Below are positions 12,332 through 24,005 of a stretch of 64,000 nucleotides of DNA, piece by piece. Origin of the DNA: Lytechinus pictus. Its lineage: Eukaryota. The notes under the pieces are model-generated. The model searched no databases. It was given only the letters and a program-made list of their open reading frames with translations, and was not told the origin of the DNA. Position 1 is the stretch's first letter. Each line of letters opens with the position of its first letter. The stretch is from positions 62,001-126,000 of the forward strand of contig NC_087245.1 of NCBI RefSeq assembly GCF_037042905.1, read 5' to 3'. The translations under genes and the position numbers were made by a program.

Positions 12332-13842
12332 TTAATGATAAATGACATATTTAACTCTGAATAGTTGCTTTGAGTGCAGAATGAGTCAGTGCATTATCAC
12401 TTATATGTATATGTTCATGATGTTATCATATCTTCAATATTTTGCCTTATAGACGGGTCGATATATGGTTTGACCCGGAAGAAATTGCAACATATGATTT
12501 TTCAACTGTTTCTGGCAGTATTTGACCTCAGGAATAACATACTAAAAATCTACAAAAATCTGCGTGTGGGAAAGTAGTTATTTTCAAGATGGCTGCCATT
12601 CACTGAAAATGGATATAACTCACTCATTATCCACCCTAGAATCCTATTTGGGTTCATATTCCATGGTCCAGTGGGTAAACAAATTTATTGATATAAGTTG
12701 AAATGAAAATTAGCACTCCAGGGTACCAGGAAAATCCAAGATGGCGCCCAAAATGGCTGCCGTAGGTTTAAAAAATCCACAATTCATCTATTACTTACTT
12801 AAGTTGCTTTAATTTGGTTTCTATTCAATGGTTTTAATGGTGAAGTCGCACTTCGGGATAAGTTACAAGGATAGCCAGTGGTCTGGTGTGTCCAAAAGTC
12901 CAAGATGGCTTCCAAAAATTGAGTTTAAAATGGCCTTTAATACTTCAAATGGACATACTGTAGCTCATATCACATCCACCTGACAGATATGATTGTGGTG
13001 TCTACAGACCATGGTTTCAAAGGTCAAATAATACATTGGGGCAAGTTACAAGGACAGTCAGTGGTCCGGTATGTTCAAAATCCAAGATGGCTTCTAAAAA
13101 TGGAGTAAAAAAATGCTGTAGCTACTTAGAAAAAGCCCCAACAGAGTTTGTTCAATATCTGGGAATATGATTTTTGTGCCTATACCATGGTTAAATGTGC
13201 CAAATAATACATTGGGATAAGTTACAAGGATGATGGGTGGTCAAGTATGTCCAAAAGTCCACGGTGGCTTATAAAAATAGTATAAATTAGCCACGATGGT
13301 ATTTACAAATGGACATAGTTCATTTAATATCCGTCAAGGGCATATGATTTTGATGTCTATACCATGGTTTTAAAAGTCAGAAAATTAGTTACAAGGACAG
13401 TCAGTAGTCCAGTATGTCGAAAATCCAATATGACTTCCAAAAATCGGAGTCTAAAATGACAGCTGTTACTTAAAAAATGGACATAGTTCATTCAAAATCC
13501 ACCAAGGATTATAATTTTGGTGTCCACACTATGGTTTCATGGTTTAAATAATACGTTTGGACTGGTTACATTGATATGCAGTTGTCCAGTTTGCCTAAAA
13601 ATCCAAGAGGGTTTTCAAAAAAGGCATCTAAAACGACTCATATCACTCAATAGTGGTCAGAGCTCTACAATATCTATCTGTAAGAAATAATGTTGGTGTC
13701 TAAATTGTGGTATGAAGGGTCAAATAATACATTCGGACAAGTAACAAGGATGATTTAGTATTCCATTTTGTCAAAAAAAAAATGGATGGTGGATTCTAAA
13801 ATTTCATCAAAATAGGTGCTGTTACCAACTCATAAAACAATA

Positions 13843-14666
13843 CAGTGCGTCCCACAAAAAACGAAACCGAGATTTATCGATGATTTATCATTAATTAACT
13901 TAATCGCAAATACAATAGATAAATGACCTACCATTTTAAAGCTTAGAATCTCCTCTTTCATCTGAAATTACTTAGATTATTTTTCATTCACGCATGAGTG
14001 AGCAAAAACAATTTGAAAAGGGGATACCAAAAAGTCACTTGGCGGGCCGTATCTGGGTTTTAAAAAGAAAACCACATTTTTAAAAAGTTCAATATCTGCT
14101 CTTTAATTTGATACCTCAATTACAGAAAATGGTCAAGAAATAACAAAGTTCTGGTTATTTGAAATAAGGCTTGAATTTCAATAATTTCATAAAATGAAGA
14201 GGTTTTACAGGCTAGCGTTCAAACTCACTCGACACTCCGTTTTGTTGACGATCAGCCATGCATTAAGTCTTTTGTTACCGTGCGATAGCTTCAGTGGGAA
14301 ACCGGTGAAAACACGTTTATTTAATGAAATTATGGAAATACAAGCATTGTTTCGAGGGATCATAACTTTTTTACTACTTGACCATTTTCTGTGATTTAGG
14401 TATCAAAGAAAAGAGAAGATATTGAACTTTTTAGTCATGTGATTTTCTTTTTGAAATTCAGATACCCCCCGCCAAATGAGTTTTTGGCATCCTTTCTTCG
14501 AATTGTTTTTGCTCAATCATGCGTGAATGAGGAATAATCTAAGTAATACCAGATGAAAGAGGAGATTCTAAGCTTTACATTGGTAGGTCATTTGTCTATT
14601 TTATTTATGATTAAGTTATGATAAATCATCGCTAAATCTCGGTTTCGTTTTTTCTGGGACGCACTG
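13843..14666. mobile_element. Tc1/mariner-type palindromic MITE nested in the 12450-16556 element
   Basis: TIRs CAGTGCGTCCCA.AAAAAACGAAACCGAGATTTA, TA TSD, inverted symmetry over about 350 bp. Confidence 0.9.
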
Positions 14667-15555
14667 TATAATAACTTATCCCCATGCATTGAGGAACCAA
14701 GATTATTTCTTACAGGTGGATATTGTATGAACTATGTCCATTTTTAAGTAACAGCAGTCACATTAGAACCCATTTTTAAAAACCAACTTGGATTTTAAGG
14801 CAAAATGGATAACTGCATATCATGGTAACCAGTTCCAAAGTATTTTTTACCCTTAAAACCCTCGTGTAGACATCAAAATAATATCCCCAAGGTGTATTTA
14901 TAATGTTCTATATCCAATTTTAAGTAACAACAGTCAAGACCCCCATTTTTAAAGCCATCTTCGATTTTTGGACATACCTGAATCCTGTCCTTTTAACTTA
15001 ACCCAATGTATTACTTTACCCTTTAAACTCTAGTGTAGACAGCAAAATCATACCTCCAAGGTGTATTTCTAATAAACTATGTATACTTTTAAGTAACAAC
15101 AGTCAATTTACACCCCATTTTTTTTAAGTCAACTTGGATTTTTTAACATACAGACAACTGACTGGTCTTGTAACTGACCCTAGTGTATTACTTGACCCTT
15201 TAAACCATGGTTTAGACACCGAAATCATATCTCACAGGCGGATTTAAAATGAGCTATGCCACTTATCACCAGCCATTTTAGAATCAATTTTTGGAAGCCA
15301 TATTGGATTTTTGGTCATACCAGACCACTGACTGTCCTTAAAACTTGTCCTAATGTATTATTTTGACACTTAAACCAGTGGTTTAGACACCAAAATCGCA
15401 TCTCCCAGGCCGATATGAAATAAACTATGTCCGCCTTAAGTAACAGCAGTCAATTTAGAATCAACTTTTGGAAGCCAACTTAGATTTTTTGACAAACCAC
15501 GCCATTGACTGTCCTTATTGTTTGCCTGAATGTATTAATTGATCCTTGAAACCAG

Positions 15556-16001
15556 CCCGGGGGGCCAGTCAAATATATTGCTGTACACATGAGTGACCAA
15601 GGAATTTCCAAACACCCCCTAAACGAGTTTTTCTCTGTGTGCAAAATAACCCCCTAAACAAGTTTTTCGCAGGCTTTATTTACACATTTTGGCCCCTAAA
15701 CAAGTTGAAATATGACCTCGGGGAAAAAGCTTGGGAAAAAAACATACCCTAAACATGTTTGGCTAGTCTTAAAAAAAAAGCTTTGGGGAAAAAAACATAC
15801 CCTTAATACGTGTGACCCCGCGATTGACCATTGACCAGTCTTTCAAAACCACCCCTTTTCTTGAAAATTTGTGTTTTTGATACCCTTAATGAGTCCATGC
15901 GCGGACCGCGTCCAAAACTGAAAAAACACCCCTTTAAATGCGGTTTTTTGGTCACGCGTGTGTACAGCAATATATTTGACTGCCCCCCCCCCCCACCCGG
16001 G
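15556..16001. mobile_element. CCCGGG-terminus MITE with 8-bp TSD
   Basis: TIRs CCCGGG...CAGTCAAATATATTGCTGTACAC, exact TSD GAAACCAG (15548-15555, 16002-16009). Confidence 0.9.
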
Positions 16002-17315
16002 GAAACCAGTGGTTTAGACACCAAAATCACATCTCCCAGGCCAAAATGAAATACCATGGTGTAGACACAAAAACATATTTCTGGATATTGAACAAACTAT
16101 GTCGAGTTTTTTTTAAAAGTAGCAACAGCAATTTTAGACTCCATTTTTGGAAGCCATCTTGGATTTGTGGACACACCAGACCACTGGCTGTCCTTGTAAC
16201 TTGTTCCAATGTACTACTTCACCCTTAAAACCATTGAATAAAAACCAAATTAAAGCCACTTAGATGAATTGTGGATTTTCAGCCTACGGCAGCCATTTTG
16301 GGCGCCATCTTGGATTTGCCAGGGACACTGGATGGCTTATAATTCATTCTAGCCTAAATCAATTTTTTTTAATTCCGTATACCATGGAATATGAAACGAA
16401 ATAGGATTCTAGGGTGGATAATGTATCAGGGATGCGGATTTTGGTAGATTTTTAGTATGTTATTCCTGAGGTCAAATAGTACAAAAAAACGCTGAAAATC
16501 ATTTGTTGCAATTTGTTCAGGGTAAGGGTATTTTTGGTCGTATATTGACCTGTCTATTAGGAACAAGTGTGCATTGCAGGACCAACAGGAAAGAATATGA
16601 GACATACTTCAAAAATCATAATATCATAGGTTTATTTCTAGAAAATGGATATCACACATTGCTTCATACATACATGTAGATACAAAAATAGAATTACTGG
16701 TCAAAACCTTTCGGAACAGTATTTTTTTTTTTTTACTTCAGTCAAATTTCACTAAGAATATATACAGATTGTACATGCTTTTAACATTCTGGTCTGAAAA
16801 TTTCTAAAAAGGTTGAAACTATCATTGAATTCCCATAAACACAGGGAAACACAAGAAAATTTCTATGCTGACATTGATAAAATAGCCAAACTCTAGAACA
16901 TAACAAATCATTTTTTTCACATTAATTTGCTAATTAATAACTGAATAGGTAATTAGGAGTTCTAGAACTGTACATCAACTAAAGACATCATTTTTCTATC
17001 CTTAAGAGTCACCTTTCTTTCTTTGAATATAGATTTATGTTAGCTGTGTGTCTAAATATAGACAAAGAGTTTGAAACTACAAAAATATTTTAGTACCGTT
17101 ATTCAGCACGTATGGGTATTTAGTCATTTTGTAAGCCAAACTAGAACGCAAGTTGGATAGAATGGCCAAGCTGGTCCTCTCATCTCATCAAGACAGCATT
17201 CATTTCTTCCTCATCTTGGCTATACAACTTCAACTTTTCTTCTTTCCTTTATTCCATTCCATGGCATGAAGTTTAGATTTCATTGCTTGAAGTATATCAT
17301 GAACAAGTGATATAA

Positions 17316-17381
17316 TCAGCTCAGATCTCTATCAATAGTAAGCCCTCTCTCATCTTCCAAAAGAGTCTCCACTCGTGTTCT
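17316..17381 (-). CDS. LKAAEAR1: LKAAEAR1-like, last exon 6 (RTRVETLLEDERGLTIDRDLS*)
   Basis: TTTTGCAG acceptor, phase 0, 22 codons ending in TGA. Continues exon 5 in frame. Confidence 0.85.
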   Translation of the reverse strand, partial: RTRVETLLEDERGLTIDRDLS

Positions 17382-18165
17382 CTGCAAAATAATGAAAAAA
17401 CAAAACAACAGACATTATTCACATTGATTTATCGACAAATTCAATGAAGAATGCAGCCTAGAATGTGACTCTCAGAGCTGCATCAACAGAGCAGGCACGA
17501 TTCTACATGTAGGGGTAGCTTTGGGGACTGAAGTTCCTCAAAAATCGTTGAAGCCCCTCCCCCCCCCCCCAAATAAATAAATAAATAAAAATTTGACTAC
17601 AAGTACAAAGAAAAAAAAAAGATATAGACTATAGAGGCCCTATATGTGTACATGTATATAAGTATTGACTAATGCAATGTTCCTATCATGTCATCAAATA
17701 CTCTAAAATTAAAGCTTTTACTACCGGTATTCATATTTTGAATTTTCTTGCTGGTTGCTACATGCTACCTTGCAAAATAGCAGCTATTACATTTATTTGG
17801 AAGTTCATAATAAAGCGCTCTCAATGCTAAGTTCCACTTTTAAATGCTTTGGTCACACTCCCTCCTATGATTTTAAATAGGTTGGTACCATTAATTAACA
17901 CCCCATTCCCTGACCTATTCTATTATACCTTATACTACGTTCAAAACTCTCTAAAATTTGAAAGTAGCACATTTGACAGTAGCCGCATGGTGAAATCAGT
18001 ATAATTTCCCACGTACACTAGCCCTATAATGCCTAGGATAGGCCATTCCCATTGTATTGAACCAATGTTGAAAATTTTCTCAAGCCCCCAGAAACCCCCT
18101 CCAAATCGTTTGTCTAGAACCGTGCCTGCAACAGAGTAAATATCTCCCAGTTGACCAAACAAAAT

Positions 18166-18476
18166 GGCCCATATTCTGAAGTCGGGTTTAACTTAAACCA
18201 TGGTCTAACTTTGTGCTAAAATTATGGGGAGCCAAAAATGTCACAAATTGTTAACATTGCATGTTCCTTATGTTTACCTTGATCTTCCCTAATTCTTTCA
18301 TGGTGAAGACAATTATCTTATTAATATTTGTCAGACAGTAAATAATGAATCGAGAGTGAAATTAGCTGATACATTGATCTTCTATTGTTATGTATTCATG
18401 TCACAATTGACTATACATAATTAAACCACAACTTTAAATGAGTGTTTAAATTAAATACAACTTCAGAAAACAGCCC
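18166..18476. mobile_element. Degenerate Harbinger-like MITE
   Basis: GGCCCATATTCTGAAGT ... ACTTCAGAAAACAGCCC imperfect TIRs, similar to the 5189 element. Confidence 0.5.
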
Positions 18477-19466
18477 TTTGCGTATGATAACTGCAAGCTT
18501 TATCATTAATTAACATGCTTCATATACGTAAAAAACAATCCAACATGTTGAATCTCTTAGGACAGTGTGATTGGATACGACTTTCAAACTTTTCACCATA
18601 CTAATTGTATGTAATGTCACTGTCATAACCTTTTTAATCAATCTAAAAAAAATAAGAAAGAAAAAATTCAATAGATTTCCTGAATCACACTATGCAGTTA
18701 AATTTAGACTTAAGTTGTAATGGTAAAAATTTCAAGAAAATGACCATCCAAGTGTTGTTAAGTTGTTAAAGTATACACACAAAGAAAATTCACGAAAGTG
18801 ATGATTATAGACAAATTATATATGAATGGAAAGGTCTTGTCTTTTTATACACAAATATGTCACTAAAAAGTCTTATCGATGTCGTGGAAATGCAAGAAAT
18901 GAAATTATTAGAGACCATTCTAAGCCCCCCAGCCGCCCCCCAGACCGACAGTTCACGCAGTGAAAACAGTCGAGAATAATGACGTCACACAATAATCGAG
19001 CTCATCATCCCTCTGTGCATAATACACTGAATCACCTTACTGACCTCTTCAATATCTTCCGAATTTACCGTTTTCTTCATGTAATGTGACATCCGAATTC
19101 TGTTTTCGACAACTTCAGACTATAAGGGAACCAGAACTGTGTTATTTTGCCCGTTTTTTATTGAATTGTGAACTGGAAAGATCGATTTTGTCCACTCGAC
19201 AGTCTTCGTTGTGTTGCTCTACTAACTATTGAAAAACTCCAAGCTGCACGGTCCCATTCACTTGCTCCCGATGCATGTTGCAGGCTACGCTGTTTGATCC
19301 AGTCAAAAGTCAAGGTAAGCATGTTTGGAAACTGTACTTGTTCTGACGATGCATTCAGGTCAGATGACAGATACAGATCTGATATAAGTTTAGAATCATG
19401 CATTTTGGCATAACTACTATTAAAATTAAAAAGTTTTTATTTTAGAAATAATGTTTTTGTACAATT

Positions 19467-20082
19467 CCACCCAAGGCAAGGGTTCATTACATGCCGCCAC
19501 GCACAGAAAAATCAAGCCATAGAAGTCGTGTGTTGTGGACCCAAGAAGTGAGATCCCAGACGCCTCCAGGCTAAGCACGCGCGACCCACTAGTTAGAAAT
19601 CCACTGCCAAACGCGGTTCGTGGTGCGGGGTTAGTATACTTAATACGTGTGAGTGGCACAATTCCAGCAGATTTTTTCTTCAGATTTCTAAAACTGGTCA
19701 GGACTCAGGCAGGCAATTAAATTATTTAGGAGCACTGAGTGGTATGGACCATGGCTGAAAATCTGCTGTTTCAGAGGAATGTTTAAGTTTTTATTATACA
19801 CAGAATTATATCACCATGATGCCGATGTCATGAAGCCAGACAAATTTTCAGCAGTGATTACCCTGATTCCTGGCCAAAATCACTCACACGTATTGCGAGG
19901 TTAGTATTAGTATACTACTAGTACGTATTGCGAGGTTAGTATTAGTATACTAACCACGAACCGCGTTTGGCAGTGGATTTCTAACTAGTGGGTCGCGCGT
20001 GCTGGGATCTCACTTCTTGGGTCCACGACTTCTATTGCTTGAATTTTCTGTGCGCGGCGGCATGTAATGAACCCTTGGGTGG
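19467..20082. repeat. Inverted repeat (~130-155-bp arms), MITE-like
   Basis: CAAGGGTTCATTACATGCCGCC...CCAAACGCGGTTCGTGGT is mirrored at 19953-20082. Confidence 0.85.
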
Positions 20083-20189
20083 GCCAAAATTAGAGTCTGG
20101 TGTTTCTTTCTGATTAGAGTGTTGCTGCATATATGTATGCGTAATGCCTTCAACAATGAAGATAAATGCAATCTTTGTAATGACACAGA

Positions 20190-20380
20190 GACTCAGAGAG
20201 CACCGTACCTCAAGTGATGTTCGTGTAGTCTCCACTTCACTACTGGAGTACTGCTACAGCCTACACTACGCTACACACTTACCCGGGTAGGTGTGGCGTA
20301 CATGTACGTTAGTGTAGCGGTAGTGAAGTGGAGTGGGGCCTACACAAACATCACTTGAGGTAGAGCACCAGTGTTCTGAG
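20190..20380. repeat. Short palindrome related to the 45410-46075 foldback
   Basis: TACCTCAAGTGATGTT...CTCCACTTCACTAC and its inverse. The same motifs begin the 45410 element. Confidence 0.7.
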
Positions 20381-23153
20381 TGGAACTTTTCAGGTGTCTA
20401 AACCTACTATCATTTGTTGTTGACCGGGAATTACATGCCACCGCACGTCATCAATCATCACGATAATTAAATTCATACTTTGATTTGATTATTTAAACTA
20501 TTTCTTTTTTTCTCTCTTCTACACACAGATCTGCACAATTGCTAACTCTGGTGACTTCTGGTCTCTGCTTGCTACCTCAATCTGGGAGATTCCATCATGT
20601 CCTTTTACTATGATTTGGATATAGCCATTTTTTTCTTCACTCTTTCCAGGACCTACGGTTTGCAAGTTGTGGAATGATAATGATACAAAAGAAAAAATTT
20701 CTTTATCAATCTTGGAAACAATTTTGAGCACAGTTTTGGAGAGAACTAAGAAATTTTACTCGGACAGGAATACAGCTTGTCAAAAATAATAACACACAAT
20801 TTAAAACGAAAGAACAATTTTAATGTTACTAGGGCATTTTGCGAGAAATGTTATACTCAATCACACGTCCCAAATCAAGGGAAAGTCCTTTGATTAAACA
20901 TGTAGTTGAATTGCGATTGCAACTCGACCTTATTACGCTTAAATTTGAATTTAAGACTTTCGCTTGATTTGCAATTGAACATAAGTTTCTTGCAGTGCCC
21001 CATAATTATGTTTTGTTATCAGATATTTAACGTGCTGATTTTTCTCGAAAGGTATAATATATTTGTCCTTTTAAACGGTATTTGAATATGGGTACGCCTT
21101 TTATTTGTTTTCCACAATATTTATTGCATGTATGAACAGAAGTGAAATATTTATTGTGAAGCACTGTGAATGTTGTGTGATGGTTCATCATCAGACTGAA
21201 AGCCTGGTGGATGTGAGGAAGTGGCCTGGATGAAAGAAAAGTGAACATGTGTCCAATTACTGATTTGCATATTCTAAGACAATTTTGTTTCTGGATAAAT
21301 TTTGCTATGCATTCCCTACATTAAGAGTAAAGGAGAAGTCCACGCAATCAAAAATTCATTTGAATTTAAAGAAAAATAACAAGATATTGCAGGAAATTTC
21401 ATAAAAACTTTGATTCAAATTTATATAATTACTATTTTAACAGTTCCGTAAATATAACCTATTGTGATCAGATGAAGAGTTTCCTATCGTCAAATCTGCA
21501 AAGAATAAAAAACAAAATGCCACAAAAAATAGAAACGAATGTGATGTGAGTGACAACTCTAATTTGCATATCATTGTTTTGTGTATATGACTGTTTTGAG
21601 TAAAAAGAACAAGGGAAATCACTCTATTCAAATAATTTTTAGTTGATGTGGACTTGACTTTTAACTCTACCCCTCCCATCCCAAATAAGAGTAGAAATAA
21701 TCTAATCAAGAACTTGAAAATCAAAAGCAGCAATTAAGAAGCAAGATTTGATAAATACAGGTCTGAATAGAATTTCACAAGAAAATAAAAAGAGAAAAAA
21801 AAGATGGGTAGGGACGGGGAAGGAATAAAAAAAAAATACCCAGAAAAAAAAAATCCGAGTTTCGAACCAGGGTCCTCGCACATGACAAAACAATGGCCAA
21901 CGCATTTGGCCACAGACCATCGCCCTAACAGGAAGGCATTTTTAAGATATATGAAAGAAAGTCCGCTCGCCGCTGTTTCCTAATAATGCTTCGGTAATTC
22001 AACTGCAATTTCAGTCATTTCGCGATGGATATTGCCGTGTTTTTTTTGTGATTCCTGACTTTGCTACTTAATGAAATTTCATAATATTTGTTCAGTCATA
22101 AAGAAGAATGTCTATGCTTTATATTGACTATAACATTAATGTGACGCAAGTGTGATTTCTACGTGAAAATATGCTTTGTTTATTCACCTATATTTCTTGA
22201 AAAAAAAAAAAATTATAAGCTAAATATCGGTCACCAAAATACGTTAAATGTGCACTTTTTTTCACTGTTCAGTAAATTCAAACTTTTATCTATATAACAA
22301 GACCAATCTTAAGAGGCATAAACAATTCTAAGAGCAAAAAACGCTGATGGGAAAGATCGTCTCCAATGGGCTGCTGTCAGCTCAGCTGCTCACTGCTCAT
22401 TGTGTGACGTCACTCAGCTGGAGCTCGCAAGAGGACCGGTGGAAGGCAGAAATATGGCATGAAAATAAATCATTTTTGAGAGCTGATTTCTGCAATCTCT
22501 GATCACTATTTTGAAAAGTGAAGTTATATATCTGATTAGTAATACTTCCCCTTTACAATGATGACCACATAAAGTCATTATAAAATACTTTTGATTCTTT
22601 GGATGTATACTTTAATTAACAGAAATATTATCTGAAAAATGATTCTAGTGTAAAATGAGCTCAAGAATTAGCAAATAGACATGGCATTCTGTCCATAGAC
22701 ATGAAGCAATATAGTCCTGTGCCCACATGTGCATTTCAATATCTGTGTTGGCATTTCTAGCAGGTTATATTTCATTACTTCACAAAATACATGGTTGACA
22801 TGAGCTATACATGGTTAACATGAGCTATGACAAACTTTACTTCATTTTATCTACATAATGAAAGAGTACCTTGATTTTACAGACTTAACCTCAAAATTAT
22901 TGCTCACTGTGACTAATCTACTTTTAGCTTCAACAGATATAATTCCATGTTTTGGGTTTCTTTAGTAAAATTCAAGATGAAAGCTCTTTACCTCTAGCTT
23001 ATCCAATGAATATGAATGACTGTTTTTGGTATGTGTGGGACCATGACTTACCTCTAACTTATCCAATGAATCGGAAGGACTGTTCTTGGTATATGTGGGA
23101 CCATGGCTTACCCCCAACTTATATCCAATGAATCTGAAGGACTGTTCTTATCT

Positions 23154-23326
23154 GGTGGGTGTTTCATAAAGCTGTTCGTAAGTTAAGAGCAACTTTAAGA
23201 GCGACTGGTGTTCCTTTCTTATTGTAAATGGTATATTCATTGGCTATAGTTTAGCGCGTAAGAAATTATCACCAGTCGTTCTTAAAGTCGCTCTTAACAC
23301 ACGAACAGCTTTTTGAAACGGCCCCC
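23154..23326. mobile_element. Small Harbinger-like MITE inserted in the donor array
   Basis: GGGTGTTTCATAAAGCTGTTCG...TTAAGAGC is inverted at ...GCTCTTAA...CGAACAGCTTTTTGAAACGGCCCC. Confidence 0.7.
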
Positions 23327-24005
23327 GAGTATATTATCCGATGAATCTGAAGTACTACTGTTCTTGTCTGTTATATGTGGGACCATACGGCTTACCTCTA
23401 ACTTATCGGAAGGACTGTTCTTGTCTGGTATATGTGGTACCATGGCTTACCTCTAACTTATCCAATAAATCAGGACTGTTCTTATCTGGTATATGTGGTA
23501 CCATGGCTTACCTCTAACTTATCCAATAAATCGGAAGGACTGTTCTTGTCTGGTATATATGTAGGACCATGGCTTACCTCTAACTTATCCAATAAATCGG
23601 AAGGACTGCTCTTGTCTGGTATATGTGTACCATTGCTTACCTCTAACTTATCCAATGAATCAGAAGGACTGTTCTTATATGGTATATGTGGGACCATATG
23701 GCTTACCTCTAACTTATATAATAAATCGGAAGGACTGTTCTTGTCTGGTATATGTAGGACCATAGCTTACCTCTAACTTATCCAAAGAATCGGAAGGACT
23801 GTTCTTGTCTGGTATATGTAGGACCATGGCTTACCTCTAACTTATCCAATAAATCAGAAGGACTGTTCTTGTCCGGTATATGTGTACCATGGCTTACCTC
23901 TAACTTATCCAATGAATCAGGACTGTTCTTATATGGTATATGTGGGACCATATGGCTTACCTCTAACTTATCTCATAAATCGGAAGGACTGTTCTTGTCT
24001 GGTAT

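Larger units (their letters stand above)
12450..16556. mobile_element. Large foldback non-autonomous DNA transposon, Academ-like
   Basis: Termini TAGACGGGTCGATATA / TATATTGACCTGTCTA with 3-bp TTA on both sides. Long inverted arms made of ~180-bp subrepeats containing AAAATCCAAGATGGC. TAG..CTA ends with a 3-4 bp TSD fit Academ (inference). Confidence 0.7.
18770..22611. mobile_element. Kolobok-like element (3.8 kb) containing internal palindromes
   Basis: TIRs AGTATACACACAAAGAA / TTCTTTGGATGTATACT (15/17 match), TTAA on both sides (18766-18769, 22612-22615). Confidence 0.55.
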
